Positions 45,908 through 56,821 of a stretch of DNA of 64,000 nucleotides are shown here, piece after piece. The position numbers were made by a program, and so were the translations under genes. Under the pieces are notes generated by a model, which saw nothing but the letters and a program-made list of their open reading frames with translations, made no database searches and was not told the origin of the DNA. Position 1 is the first letter of the stretch. Each line of letters starts with the position of its first letter. Source of the DNA: Escherichia coli (GTDB lineage: Bacteria; Pseudomonadota; Gammaproteobacteria; Enterobacterales; Enterobacteriaceae); assembly GCF_030384885.1 (NCBI RefSeq), contig NZ_CP128613.1; one strand, written 5' to 3'.

Positions 45908-46567
45908 ATGAGCGAACAAATCACGTTTGCCACCAGCGATTTTGCCAGTAACCCGGAACCACGTTGCCCCTGCATTTTGCTGTTGGATGTTTCTGGTTCG
46001 ATGAGTGGTAGACCTATTAATGAACTTAACGCCGGATTGGTTACCTTTCGCGATGAGCTGCTTGCCGATTCGCTGGCCTTAAAAAGAGTGGAACTCGGTA
46101 TTGTGACGTTCGGCCCGGTGCATGTGGAACAACCATTTACCAGCGCCGCTAATTTTTTCCCGCCCATCCTGTTTGCCCAGGGAGATACACCAATGGGGGC
46201 CGCCATTACCAAAGCCCTGAATATGGTTGAGGAGCGCAAACGTGAGTATCGCGCCAATGGTATTTCCTATTATCGTCCGTGGATTTTCATGATCACTGAT
46301 GGTGCACCAACCGATGAGTGGCAGGCTGCTGCCAACAAGGTGTTTCAGGGGGAAGAAGATAAGAAGTTTGCCTTCTTTTCCATCGGTGTTCAGGGGGCGG
46401 ATATGAAGACGCTGGCCCAAATCAGCGTTCGTCAGCCTTTGCCTCTTCAAGGATTACAATTCCGCGAACTGTTTAGCTGGTTATCCAGTTCGCTGCGTTC
46501 GGTTTCCCGCTCCACGCCGGGAACGGAAGTTGTACTGGAAGCGCCAAAAGGCTGGACGTCAGTGTGA
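45908..46567 (+). CDS. yegL: von Willebrand factor A (vWA) domain protein
   Basis: 219 aa; MIDAS-type DxSxS motif ([11 protein letters not shown]); 4-nt overlap with yegK. Confidence 0.88.
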   Translation: MSEQITFATSDFASNPEPRCPCILLLDVSGSMSGRPINELNAGLVTFRDELLADSLALKRVELGIVTFGPVHVEQPFTSAANFFPPILFAQGDTPMGAAITKALNMVEERKREYRANGISYYRPWIFMITDGAPTDEWQAAANKVFQGEEDKKFAFFSIGVQGADMKTLAQISVRQPLPLQGLQFRELFSWLSSSLRSVSRSTPGTEVVLEAPKGWTSV

Positions 46568-47325
46568 GCTGGCGTCTGGTCTATGCATCAGCCGTTGGAA
46601 CGTCGCACATCAGCGCTGACTTGTCTTGCCAGGATGCCTGCCAGATGCAGGTTGCCTGGCTAGAAGACCAGCAGCCATTATTGTCGGTATTTGTCGCTGA
46701 TGGCGCAGGCAGCGTCTCGCAGGGAGGCGAAGGTGCGAAGCTTGCCGTCAATGAAGCGATGGCTTATATATCGCAAAAAGTGCAGGGTGGGGAATTGGAG
46801 CTTAATGATGTCCTCGCCACGGATATTGTACTGACTATTCGTCAGCGACTTTTTGCCGAGGCAGAGGCCAAAGAATTAGCGGTTCGCGATTTTGCCTGCA
46901 CATTTCTGGGACTGATTTCATCGCCTAACGGCACATTGATTATGCAGATTGGCGATGGTGGCGTGGTCGTAGATTTGGGGCACGGTTTGCAATTGCCGCT
47001 CACGCCGATGGTGGGTGAATATGCCAACATGACGCATTTCATTACCGATGAAGATGCCGTTTCCAGACTGGAAATTTTCACCAGCACTGAGCGTGCGCAT
47101 AGAGTTGCAGCATTTACGGATGGTATTCAGAGACTGGCGTTAAATATGCTGGATAATTCTCCGCATGTGCCTTTCTTTACCCCGTTTTTCAATGGACTGG
47201 CGTCAGCAACGCAGGAACAACTCGATTTATTACCTGAATTGTTAAAGCAGTTTTTGTCCAGCCCAGCGGTAAACGAGCGTACCGATGATGATAAAACGTT
47301 AGCACTGGCTATGTGGACAGAATAA
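46564..47325 (+). CDS. yegK: PP2C-family Ser/Thr protein phosphatase
   Basis: 253 aa; Asp-rich metal-binding patches ([16 protein letters not shown]); coupled to yegL. Confidence 0.85.
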   Translation: MSWRLVYASAVGTSHISADLSCQDACQMQVAWLEDQQPLLSVFVADGAGSVSQGGEGAKLAVNEAMAYISQKVQGGELELNDVLATDIVLTIRQRLFAEAEAKELAVRDFACTFLGLISSPNGTLIMQIGDGGVVVDLGHGLQLPLTPMVGEYANMTHFITDEDAVSRLEIFTSTERAHRVAAFTDGIQRLALNMLDNSPHVPFFTPFFNGLASATQEQLDLLPELLKQFLSSPAVNERTDDDKTLALAMWTE

Positions 47326-47389
47326 ACATCGCATGGCGGTTGAAGACAACGGTTCAACCGCCAGTTTAAGCAATCAATATAATGGCTGG

Positions 47390-47851
47390 CTAGCGAACTA
47401 ATTTTGCTCTTAGCTCGTCGGCTTCTTCTTTTGGATAGGTGACCAATAAAGGATCAATGGTATAACCACCGTAAATTTTATCCCCGCGCGTATACATCCA
47501 GTCTGAAATATCTTCTTTCTTGATTTTCCACTCCTGGCCATATTCTACGTTTGTAACAATACCAGGGTCATTGCTTATTATACCAATAAACATGCCGTTA
47601 GAATAAGTGACATCCGTGAGCCAGAAATGCTCGGTTTCTCCGCGATCGGTTATCGGGGCTTTGACTGCGAAAGTATCAGCATCTTTTTTATTCATAACTT
47701 CGATGAATTGATCGGTTTCTTTCCGCGCATGTTGAATGGCGTCAGACATCGCCTTTTTATCATAACCTCCTGTCACTAACGTATCCGAAATCTCACAATA
47801 GCTTGCGGTAGTAAAAAATAGCAGACACAACATAAGTAATATCTTTTTCAT
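47390..47851 (-). CDS. yegJ: small exported protein YegJ
   Basis: 153 aa with signal peptide (MKKILLMLCLLFFTTASYC). Confidence 0.8.
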   Translation of the reverse strand: MKKILLMLCLLFFTTASYCEISDTLVTGGYDKKAMSDAIQHARKETDQFIEVMNKKDADTFAVKAPITDRGETEHFWLTDVTYSNGMFIGIISNDPGIVTNVEYGQEWKIKKEDISDWMYTRGDKIYGGYTIDPLLVTYPKEEADELRAKLVR

Positions 47852-48051
47852 TTTTTCTCCAGAATCCCTGTGTAGTAAAAGTTAGCAAAAAACCTGTGGA
47901 AGTGAATCATTATCAGGTTGGAATTGAATTGTATCCTGATGAAATTGCATTATCATTTTTATTCTTGAGTGGGACTCTTCCAATATAGAAATAATTATAA
48001 TGGGCAGTGTTATTATTCATTGAAATATAATATGACTGCCCTTGAAACATT

Positions 48052-49998
48052 ATGAAGACAAATATAAAAGTATTTACATCGACAGGTGAATTGACCACTC
48101 TCGGGCGTGAACTGGGCAAAGGCGGCGAAGGCGCGGTTTATGATATCGAGGAGTTTGTCGATAGCGTTGCCAAGATTTATCACACGCCGCCACCCGCCTT
48201 AAAACAGGACAAACTTGCCTTTATGGCTGCGACAGCTGACGCGCAGTTGCTGAATTATGTCGCCTGGCCGCAAGCAACGCTTCATAGTGGACGAGGTGGG
48301 AAGGTTATCGGTTTTATGATGCCAAAAGTTTCTGGTAAAGAACCGATTCATATGATCTATAGCCCGGCACATCGTCGCCAGAGTTACCCTCATTGTGCGT
48401 GGGATTTTCTCCTCTATGTTGCGCGCAATATTGCTTCATCTTTTGCTACGGTTCATGAGCACGGGCATGTCGTGGGTGACGTAAACCAGAACAGCTTTAT
48501 GGTAGGCCGTGACAGCAAAGTGGCGTTGATTGATAGCGACTCCTTTCAGATTAACGCCAATGGCACACTGCATTTATGCGAAGTCGGCGTGTCGCATTTT
48601 ACGCCGCCAGAGCTGCAAACCTTGTCGTCATTTGTTGGCTTTGAACGCACAGAAAATCACGATAATTTTGGCCTTGCGTTGCTGATATTTCACGTCTTGT
48701 TTGGTGGGCGGCATCCTTATTCTGGTGTGCCGCTTATCTCTGATGCGGGTAATGCGCTGGAGACGGATATTGCCCATTTTCGTTATGCCTACGCGTCAGA
48801 CAATCAGAGACGTGGCTTAAAACCGCCGCCACGATCGATTCCGCTATCGATGTTACCGGGTGATGTTGCAGCCATGTTTCAGCAGGCATTCACGGAAAGT
48901 GGCGTGGCAACCGGGCGTCCGACGGCAAAAGCGTGGGTTGCGGCACTTGATTTACTACGCCAACAATTAAAGAAATGTACCGTTTCAGCAATGCATGTTT
49001 ACCCTTGTCATTTAACCGACTGCCCGTGGTGTGCGCTGGATAATCAAGGCGTTATCTATTTTATTGATCTCGGCGAAGAGGTGATTACCACCGTCGGTGA
49101 TTTTGTGCTGGCGAAAGTCTGGGCGATGGTGATGGCGTCAGTAGCACCACCAGCATTACAGTTACCATTACCCGATCATTTCCAACCAGCTGGCAGGCCG
49201 CTTCCTTTAGGCCTGTTACGGCGTGAATACATTATTCTGATTGAGATCACACTGTCAGCGTTATCGCTGTTGCTTTGCGGTCTTCAGGCAGAACCGCGTT
49301 ATATTATTTTGGTGCCTGTGCTGGCGGCTATCTGGATTATTGGCAGTCTGACAAGCAAAGCTTACAAAGCAGAAGTCCAGCACCGTCGTGAGGTATTTAA
49401 TCGTGCGAAAATGGACTATGACCATTTAGTCAGCCAGATCCAACAGTTGGGCGGGTTGGAAGGTTTTATCGCCAAACGGACGATGCTTGAAAAAATGAAG
49501 GACGAAATTCTTGGGTTACCGGAAGAAGAAAAGCGCGATCTGGCAGCACTTCAGGACAACGCAAGGGAACGGCAGAAGCAGAAGTTTCTGGAGGGATTTT
49601 TTATTGATGCTGCCTCTATTCCCGGCGTTGGCCCTGCGCGTAAAGCGGCGTTACGGTCTTTTGGTATTGAAACAGCAGCAGATGTTACCCGTCGTGGTGT
49701 TAAGCAAGTGAAAGGGTTTGGTGATCATCTGACCCAGGCGGTTATCGACTGGAAAGCGAGTTGCGAACGCCGTTTTGTGTTCAGGCCGAATGAAGCGGTA
49801 ACGCCAGCAGACAGACAAGCGGTAATGGCGAAAATGACCGCCAAACGACATCGGCTGGAATCGGCACTGATTGTCGGCGCGACAGAGTTGCAGCGATTCC
49901 GCCTTCATGCTCCTGCACGGACCATGCCGTTGATGGAACCATTACGTCAGGCAGCGGAGAAACTGGCTCAGGCGCAGGCTGATTTAAGCCGCTGCTGA
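48052..49998 (+). CDS. yegI: eukaryotic-like Ser/Thr protein kinase with central TM region and C-terminal domain
   Basis: 648 aa; glycine-rich GRELGKGGEGAVY, VAKIY lysine, catalytic-loop-like HVVGDVNQNSFMV, DFG-like IDSDSF; hydrophobic segment around residues ~400-440. Confidence 0.88.
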   Translation: MKTNIKVFTSTGELTTLGRELGKGGEGAVYDIEEFVDSVAKIYHTPPPALKQDKLAFMAATADAQLLNYVAWPQATLHSGRGGKVIGFMMPKVSGKEPIHMIYSPAHRRQSYPHCAWDFLLYVARNIASSFATVHEHGHVVGDVNQNSFMVGRDSKVALIDSDSFQINANGTLHLCEVGVSHFTPPELQTLSSFVGFERTENHDNFGLALLIFHVLFGGRHPYSGVPLISDAGNALETDIAHFRYAYASDNQRRGLKPPPRSIPLSMLPGDVAAMFQQAFTESGVATGRPTAKAWVAALDLLRQQLKKCTVSAMHVYPCHLTDCPWCALDNQGVIYFIDLGEEVITTVGDFVLAKVWAMVMASVAPPALQLPLPDHFQPAGRPLPLGLLRREYIILIEITLSALSLLLCGLQAEPRYIILVPVLAAIWIIGSLTSKAYKAEVQHRREVFNRAKMDYDHLVSQIQQLGGLEGFIAKRTMLEKMKDEILGLPEEEKRDLAALQDNARERQKQKFLEGFFIDAASIPGVGPARKAALRSFGIETAADVTRRGVKQVKGFGDHLTQAVIDWKASCERRFVFRPNEAVTPADRQAVMAKMTAKRHRLESALIVGATELQRFRLHAPARTMPLMEPLRQAAEKLAQAQADLSRC

Positions 49999-50010
49999 GC
50001 CATTTTTCAA

Positions 50011-51363
50011 TTAACGAAACACCACTTCTGCCCAACGTGCCAGCCCGGCGGTGACGGAGCCAAAGTCATCGCCGCCTGCAATCGGAATGCCCGGCAACTG
50101 TTCTGCCAGCGCTTTTTTAATCAGCGGCGATCGGGCGCTACCACCAGTCAGATAGATGACATCCGGTTTTTCCTGGGCGTTATCCAGCGCCAGTTGCACC
50201 TGTTCCAGAATTCGCGCCAGCGGCTGACTGAGGGCGTTTTCCAGTCCTTGTTGGCTAATCAGTGTTGCCAGTTCATCGCTGATAAACGGCAGCGATGCAC
50301 GAGTTTCTGCTGCGCTGGAAAGGGCGATTTTGCTCTCTTCCGCGCTGCGTACCAGCCGATAACTTAAACGCTGACGCCAGACTTTCTGTAACAGGGCCAC
50401 TTTCTCCGGTTCGCGGGCGTCGCGTACCAGGTCGTTAAGCAGACGACCGTTAGCACTACTGTAGAAATCACTCTGCGCTGGTACATCGTTGATGGCAACC
50501 GCATTCCACCACGGCAGGATCGGCAGGGCGATGCCTTTTTCAGTTTCGCCACCCATGCCCAGTAATGGCATCAGATTTTTAAACGCCAGTGCGATATCCA
50601 GATCGTTACCGCCAATACGGCAACCACTGTGACCCAGCAGGCTGGCTTCACGATCGAGGCGCGAACGCCACTGTGGCCCCATTAGCAGTAAAGAACAGTC
50701 AGTCGTACCACCGCCGATATCCACCACCAGTACGCGTTTTTCTTCCTGCAAGGTGGCTTCGTAATCCAGCCCAGCCGCCACCGGCTCGTACTGGAATACC
50801 ACGTCCTTAAACCCGGCACGCTTCGCTGCGCGCTCCAGAATCCCTTGTGCCTGGGCGTTTGCCTCATCGCCGCCCAGCCCCTGGAAGTTGATCGGGCGAC
50901 CAATCACCGCCTGGGTAATCGCTTCTGGCAGCTGTGTCTGGGCCTGCTTGCGAATGTGCAACATCATTGCGCAGACCAGATCCTCAAACAGTGCTACCTG
51001 CTGCGGTTTTAAGCCGCTGGCACCGAGGAACGATTTTGGTGATTTCACAAACCACACTTCTTCTGGATCATCAATGTACTGTGCCAATGAGGAAAGACCG
51101 AACTGCACGCTTTTCGCCGTAACATCAATATCTTCTTCGCGGTTATAACGAATCGCCCGACGCAGCAGCGCCTGCGTTTCATCGTCGTCTGCCGGAACAT
51201 CATGATGGCGGTACAGCCATTCGCTTACGGCTTCACGCGTTGGCGCGCAAAGCATTGAAGGCAGCAGCGTGCTGTCGTTTTCCATTTTCAGTAATTGCGG
51301 TTTACCGTCACGCATGACCGCGACTGAACAGTTTGCTGTACCGTAATCAAAACCAATAAACAC
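50011..51363 (-). CDS. yegD: Hsp70/actin-fold ATPase homolog YegD
   Basis: Track ORF 50011..51426; likely GTG start at VFIGFDYGTANCSVAV (450 aa); phosphate-1 and VLVVDIGGGTTDCSLL motifs. Confidence 0.85.
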   Translation of the reverse strand: MFIGFDYGTANCSVAVMRDGKPQLLKMENDSTLLPSMLCAPTREAVSEWLYRHHDVPADDDETQALLRRAIRYNREEDIDVTAKSVQFGLSSLAQYIDDPEEVWFVKSPKSFLGASGLKPQQVALFEDLVCAMMLHIRKQAQTQLPEAITQAVIGRPINFQGLGGDEANAQAQGILERAAKRAGFKDVVFQYEPVAAGLDYEATLQEEKRVLVVDIGGGTTDCSLLLMGPQWRSRLDREASLLGHSGCRIGGNDLDIALAFKNLMPLLGMGGETEKGIALPILPWWNAVAINDVPAQSDFYSSANGRLLNDLVRDAREPEKVALLQKVWRQRLSYRLVRSAEESKIALSSAAETRASLPFISDELATLISQQGLENALSQPLARILEQVQLALDNAQEKPDVIYLTGGSARSPLIKKALAEQLPGIPIAGGDDFGSVTAGLARWAEVVFR

Positions 51364-51436
51364 GAAATAATCCCCATGCCGGTGAAGAAGGGGCGTGACT
51401 TTAGCGAAATGTTGCCGTCGCGACAACCGGAATATG

Positions 51437-51449
51437 AAAGCAAAGCGCA
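51437..51449 (+). promoter_or_regulatory. putative Ada box in the alkA promoter
   Basis: AAAGCAAAGCGCA located ~50-60 bp upstream of the alkA ATG. Confidence 0.5.
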
Positions 51450-51496
51450 GCGTCTGAATAACGTTTATGCTGAAAGCGGATTAACAAGGAGATGCG

Positions 51497-52345
51497 ATGT
51501 ATACCCTGAACTGGCAGCCGCCATATGACTGGTCGTGGATGTTGGGATTTCTCGCCGCCCGTGCGGTGAGCGGTGTTGAAACGGTTGCGGACGATTATTA
51601 TGCCCGTAGTCTGGCGGTGGGTGAACATCGTGGCGTGGTGACTGCTATTCCGGATATAGCCAGCCATACTCTGCACATAAATTTAAGTGCAGGTTTAGAA
51701 CCTGTTGCCGCTGAGTGTCTGGCGAAAATGAGCCGCCTGTTTGATCTGCAATGTCACCCGCAGATTGTTAACGGTGCGTTGGGCAAGTTAGGCGCGGCGC
51801 GGCCCGGATTGCGTTTACCTGGTTGTGTTGATGCTTTTGAGCAGGGCGTGCGGGCGATTTTAGGCCAACTGGTGAGCGTGGCGATGGCAGCAAAATTGAC
51901 CGCCAGAGTGGCACTGCTTTATGGCGAACGGCTGGATGATTTTCCGGATTATGTCTGCTTCCCCACGCCTCAGCGGCTGGCTGCAGCCGACCCGCAGTCA
52001 TTAAAAGCGTTAGGTATGCCGTTGAAACGGGCAGAGGCACTGATTCATCTGGCAAATGCGGCGCTGGAGGGCACCTTACCAATGACAATACCGGGCGACG
52101 TAGAACAAGCGATGAAAACGCTGCAAACTTTTCCGGGTATCGGGCGCTGGACGGCGAATTATTTCGCCTTACGTGGTTGGCAGGCGAAAGATGTTTTCCT
52201 GCCGGATGATTATCTGATTAAACAGCGATTTCCGGGAATGACACCGGCACAAATCCGCCGTTATGCCGAACGCTGGAAGCCCTGGCGTTCTTATGCGCTG
52301 TTGCATATCTGGTATACGGAAGGCTGGCAACCAGACGAAGCATGA
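51497..52345 (+). CDS. alkA: 3-methyladenine DNA glycosylase II
   Basis: 282 aa; N-terminal MYTLNWQPPYDWSWMLGF. Confidence 0.92.
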   Translation: MYTLNWQPPYDWSWMLGFLAARAVSGVETVADDYYARSLAVGEHRGVVTAIPDIASHTLHINLSAGLEPVAAECLAKMSRLFDLQCHPQIVNGALGKLGAARPGLRLPGCVDAFEQGVRAILGQLVSVAMAAKLTARVALLYGERLDDFPDYVCFPTPQRLAAADPQSLKALGMPLKRAEALIHLANAALEGTLPMTIPGDVEQAMKTLQTFPGIGRWTANYFALRGWQAKDVFLPDDYLIKQRFPGMTPAQIRRYAERWKPWRSYALLHIWYTEGWQPDEA

Positions 52346-52353
52346 CGTTGGTC

Positions 52354-52437
52354 GCCGGATGTGGTGCGAGCGCCTTATCCGGCCTGGGGAATGAGCGATT
52401 TGTAGGCATGATAAGACGCGTTAGCGTCGCATCAGGC
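52354..52437. repeat. BIME-like pair of REP elements between alkA and dgcE
   Basis: gccggatgtggtgcgagcgccttatccggcc and gtaggcatgataagacgcgttagcgtcgcatcaggc. Confidence 0.7.
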
Positions 52438-52454
52438 AATGGGCAAACGCTCCC

Positions 52455-55400
52455 TCAGTTAATCGCGAAATAACTGTTATTCACCAGCAAATCCAACGGT
52501 TGGGCATCGGCAATCACATCACCATAAATCAGATCAACGCCGATGCCAGAAAGCGTATCCATCACTAAGGGTAAAACAACTGGCCCGGCGATAGTCTTCA
52601 CCCCGAGTCGCTGAGCGTGCCCCTGAATAATCGTAATCAGCATCTCATCCATCAAATTACCCTGCACGCTGGCGCATAGCTCACCGTCAAGTAGCAGGTA
52701 ATCTGCCATATTCGCTTTCAGCGTGTTGAAAATTTGCAGATCGCGACCCACCTGGCTGAGCACTATCCGACATCCCGCCAGCCGCAGTTTTTGCACGCTT
52801 TCTGCGTGATCGAAAACCGCTTCTGCCGGAATAATCAGATGTAATAACCGTGGTGGTAGAGGGTTATTTTCCAGTTGCTCAAGCAGTTCATTCACCAGCG
52901 AGGCGCTACTCAAACCGGCAACAGAAAGGGGGAGGGCGATGCTTAAGCCTTTACTGGCAATCGCTTTTGCGGTCTGCTGGAAAAATTCATGGAGTACCCG
53001 GCGGTCAAGAGCATGGTTAAGCGCCGGATCACCGAAGCTACGACGAAATGTTTGTTCATCAACAATCTCGCCTTCGCAACCCCAGAGTTTTAGTGATATC
53101 AACCACAAATTACGCGCTTCCGGGATCCGTGGCGAAGCGACGCCGTGGGCGATCATCATCAACTGATTCTCTTTAATCATCCGCCACTGTTCATCAATCG
53201 ACATCGCCGCCCGTTCGATATGTGCGTCAGCTTGCTGCGGTTCGTAAACTGTCACCCGGCCGCGGCCACCATTTTTGGAGGCATAACAGGCGATGTCAGC
53301 CTGCGACATCACTTCAACCGCCTGATGATTGTTGTCATCAATCAAGGTAATCCCGGCACTGGCACCTACCCGATGTACACGTCCTTCCCATATAAAGTGA
53401 TAGTCATTCACGGCGCTGATAATGCGTGTAGCGATAAAACGCGCACTTTCGACATTACAATCTGGCAGCAGCAGACCAAATTCATCGCCACCGAGTCGCG
53501 CCAGCACGTCGCTGGAGCGCAGCATACTCAGCATCAATGACGCCAGTTCGCGCAACAAAGCGTCGCCAGCGGCGTGTCCGGCGCTGTCATTCACCGCTTT
53601 AAAGCGATCAAGATCGATAAACACCAGGGCATGTCGCTGATGTGTACTGTTTACCGTTTGCAGCAGGATGCGTAGTTGCTTCTCAAAACTGGCGCGATTG
53701 GCGAGATGCGTCAGTGCATCATGGGAGGCGCTGTAGCTCAGCTGCCGTAACATTTTGCGTGATTCGGTGACGTCCTGAATCACCAGAACCGAACCAATAT
53801 TGCTGCCATCCAGAGTACTTAGCGGTGTAATACTGTAATGCACGTCGTAGCTGCCGCCGCTCCGGCAGTGCAACACCACATCTTGTTCAATCGCAGAACG
53901 TGAGGTGTCGGCACTGTAAATGTTCTCCATTAATGGCCCGTTGTCGCCAAAAGTAATATGCAACACCGTCAGGAGCGGAACACCTAACGCTTCTTCCTGC
54001 GTCCAGCCGCTCATCTTCTCCGCCACCGGATTCATAAAGGTAATTTTCATTGCCATATCAATACAGACCACGGCTTCGCCGATGGAATCCAGCGTAATGT
54101 GCAGGCGCTCTTTTTCCTGAAACAATGCCTCGTTAAGCTGTTTCACTTCGGTCATATCCATATTAATGCCGAGCAGGCGTTCGACTTCGCCTTCTTTATT
54201 CAGTACCCGGTTGGCGAGGGCGCGGATATGGCGAATACCGTCTTTCACGGTAATGCGAAATTCCAGTTTAAAGGGCGAGCGTGATTGCAACGAATCGCGA
54301 ATCACTTTTTCGGCGTGTGCGCGATCTTCCGGCAATACACACTCGTACCACACCTGCCAGTTCGGTTTGATATGCGGAGGAATTTCATACAACTCAAACA
54401 TCCGCTTATCCCAACTAAAAATATTCGGCTTCAGCTCCCACTCCCAGATGCCAATCCCGCCAGCTTCGTTAGCCAGCGTGATGCGCTCCATCAGTTGCTG
54501 GTTCACCTGTTCGGTGCGTTTTAGCTCGTTAATGTCTTCAATCTGAGCGATAAAATAGAGCGGCGTACCATCGGTGTGGTGCACCAGTGAGACGGCAAGC
54601 AACGCCCAGACAACATCGCCATTGCGGTTGTAGTAGCGTTTTTCCATTGAATAGGTGTTTATTTCACCGCTGATCAGCTTTTCAACCTGTTGGAGATCTT
54701 TATTGAGATCCTCCGGCCAGGTCAGTTGCTGAAAGGTAAGTCCGCGCAGTTCTTCCTGACTGTAACCGAGAAACTGGCAGAGCGCTTTGTTGGATTGCAG
54801 CCATTGCCCCTCGGTGCCCACTAATGCCATGCCGATGGCGGAATATTCCATCGCGTTCCGAAAGCGGGTTTCGCTTTCGGAAATGTGTTTGCGTTCCGCA
54901 CGAAAGGCATACATCACCATCGTCATGATGTTGGCGGGCAGCAGGATCAGCAAAAACGGTAGCCACGGCATATGGCTCATCAGGTATGTACGCGGCGTAG
55001 CAAGCAGGGAGGGATCAGCGGCCATCATCAGTGACACCATCATCACCGTGGTAAGGAAGATCAAAAAGGCTTCCATTCGTGGCAGGCGCACGGCGCTCCA
55101 CATCAACAGCACAATAATGAAAGTAAAAGGCCACGGCAGATACAGCATCGAAAGCCAGCTTAACGTCAGTGTGATGGCTAACGTGAGCAGCGACTCAAAA
55201 AGCAACCTTGGGTTGCGATGGCGCAGCAGATAGTGTGGTTTAAATAACAATCCCAGCGGCACCAGTGCCAGGGCGCCGATGGATTCTGACAGTACCCATA
55301 TCAAAAATGCCCTGAGAGGATCGTCTCCGGGCGTCAGCAGGATAACCAGAACACCCCCTAACAGAGGTGGAACAATGGCGCTGCCGAGTGCCAGACGCAG

Positions 55401-55772
55401 CCAGTCAGCCAGATTTTGCAAGGGGTTATACCACGGCAGCAATTTACGCAGTAGCACTGCCCCGACCACGGCTTCAACAATATTGATGGTTGTCCAGGTC
55501 ATGTTCAGCGAGCTGGTGGAAAAAAGCAGGATGGATGCGGCGATATTTCCCAGCGAGCAGCTCAGCGCAATCCCCGGCCACATGCGCCCGGCATGGCGAT
55601 AAAACGCCACCATCATGATGGACGTCGGGAACCACAATGGGGCGAGTTGGGTGCCAAACTGCGAAAGCTCAAGCGAGAAAAGGGTAAAGATAAACGAGAC
55701 TAAACCTAAACTGACCAGGTGAAACAGCGGGTGGGGCAGGGCAATTAATACATGCTGTGATTGTTTGCTCAT
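52455..55772 (-). CDS. dgcE: multidomain diguanylate cyclase DgcE (YegE): N-terminal membrane sensor, PAS, GGDEF, EAL-like
   Basis: 1105 aa; N-terminal polytopic region; GGDEF motif (RLGGDEFG); C-terminal EAL-like region. Confidence 0.9.
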   Translation of the reverse strand: MSKQSQHVLIALPHPLFHLVSLGLVSFIFTLFSLELSQFGTQLAPLWFPTSIMMVAFYRHAGRMWPGIALSCSLGNIAASILLFSTSSLNMTWTTINIVEAVVGAVLLRKLLPWYNPLQNLADWLRLALGSAIVPPLLGGVLVILLTPGDDPLRAFLIWVLSESIGALALVPLGLLFKPHYLLRHRNPRLLFESLLTLAITLTLSWLSMLYLPWPFTFIIVLLMWSAVRLPRMEAFLIFLTTVMMVSLMMAADPSLLATPRTYLMSHMPWLPFLLILLPANIMTMVMYAFRAERKHISESETRFRNAMEYSAIGMALVGTEGQWLQSNKALCQFLGYSQEELRGLTFQQLTWPEDLNKDLQQVEKLISGEINTYSMEKRYYNRNGDVVWALLAVSLVHHTDGTPLYFIAQIEDINELKRTEQVNQQLMERITLANEAGGIGIWEWELKPNIFSWDKRMFELYEIPPHIKPNWQVWYECVLPEDRAHAEKVIRDSLQSRSPFKLEFRITVKDGIRHIRALANRVLNKEGEVERLLGINMDMTEVKQLNEALFQEKERLHITLDSIGEAVVCIDMAMKITFMNPVAEKMSGWTQEEALGVPLLTVLHITFGDNGPLMENIYSADTSRSAIEQDVVLHCRSGGSYDVHYSITPLSTLDGSNIGSVLVIQDVTESRKMLRQLSYSASHDALTHLANRASFEKQLRILLQTVNSTHQRHALVFIDLDRFKAVNDSAGHAAGDALLRELASLMLSMLRSSDVLARLGGDEFGLLLPDCNVESARFIATRIISAVNDYHFIWEGRVHRVGASAGITLIDDNNHQAVEVMSQADIACYASKNGGRGRVTVYEPQQADAHIERAAMSIDEQWRMIKENQLMMIAHGVASPRIPEARNLWLISLKLWGCEGEIVDEQTFRRSFGDPALNHALDRRVLHEFFQQTAKAIASKGLSIALPLSVAGLSSASLVNELLEQLENNPLPPRLLHLIIPAEAVFDHAESVQKLRLAGCRIVLSQVGRDLQIFNTLKANMADYLLLDGELCASVQGNLMDEMLITIIQGHAQRLGVKTIAGPVVLPLVMDTLSGIGVDLIYGDVIADAQPLDLLVNNSYFAIN

Positions 55773-56088
55773 TACCGCTTTATCCGCAAGACCAGGTCGC
55801 CAGTATTCGTTTCTGTGTTTATGCTAGTACAAAAGTTTTACATTTTATATGCGAATTGCTCATAAAGTGACGTAAAGGCGGATAATTTGCGCAACTGCGT
55901 ATAACATTTTTTACCTTACATAAAACTGAACAACGTAATTTGCCACCGGGAATTCTTCGTCAACAATTACTCTGAGCGCGCGGCAACGCTATTCGACTGG
56001 TATCAGGCGGATGAAATCCCTATAATTGCCGCGTTTGGCGCTTCGTCGCCCCCTTCCTAACATCCAGGTTAATCAGGTCGCTAAATAT

Positions 56089-56730
56089 ATGACTGATCAG
56101 TCTCATCAGTGCGTCATTATCGGTATCGCTGGCGCATCGGCTTCCGGCAAGAGTCTTATTGCCAGTACCCTTTATCGTGAATTACGTGAGCAAGTCGGTG
56201 ATGAACACATCGGCGTAATTCCCGAAGACTGCTATTACAAAGATCAAAGCCATCTGTCGATGGAAGAACGCGTTAAGACCAACTACGACCATCCCAGCGC
56301 GATGGATCACAGCCTGCTGCTTGAGCATTTACAAGCATTGAAACGCGGCTCGGCAATTGACCTGCCGGTTTACAGCTATGTTGAACATACGCGAATGAAA
56401 GAAACGGTGACGGTTGAGCCGAAGAAAGTCATCATTCTCGAAGGCATTTTGCTGCTGACGGATGCGCGTTTGCGTGACGAACTTAACTTCTCAATTTTCG
56501 TTGATACCCCGCTGGATATCTGCTTGATGCGCCGCATCAAGCGTGATGTTAACGAGCGTGGGCGTTCAATGGATTCAGTGATGGCGCAATATCAAAAAAC
56601 TGTGCGCCCGATGTTCCTGCAATTCATTGAGCCATCTAAACAATATGCGGACATTATCGTGCCGCGCGGCGGGAAAAACCGCATCGCCATCGATATATTG
56701 AAAGCGAAAATAAGTCAGTTCTTTGAATAA
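56089..56730 (+). CDS. udk: uridine/cytidine kinase
   Basis: Track ORF 56026..56730; start at [22 protein letters not shown] (P-loop), giving 213 aa. Confidence 0.92.
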
Positions 56731-56821
56731 GCTTGATAAATTGTGTACCGTTCAGTGATAACCTGGTATGCCCTTGACGTAATTGGCGTTAAGGGAGTGA
56801 TGCGCGAAAGGAGAAAATGCC

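Noticed and set aside
53145-55602. Multiple plus-strand ORFs of 60-150 aa
   Set aside because: Antisense to the 1105-aa dgcE gene; no independent support.
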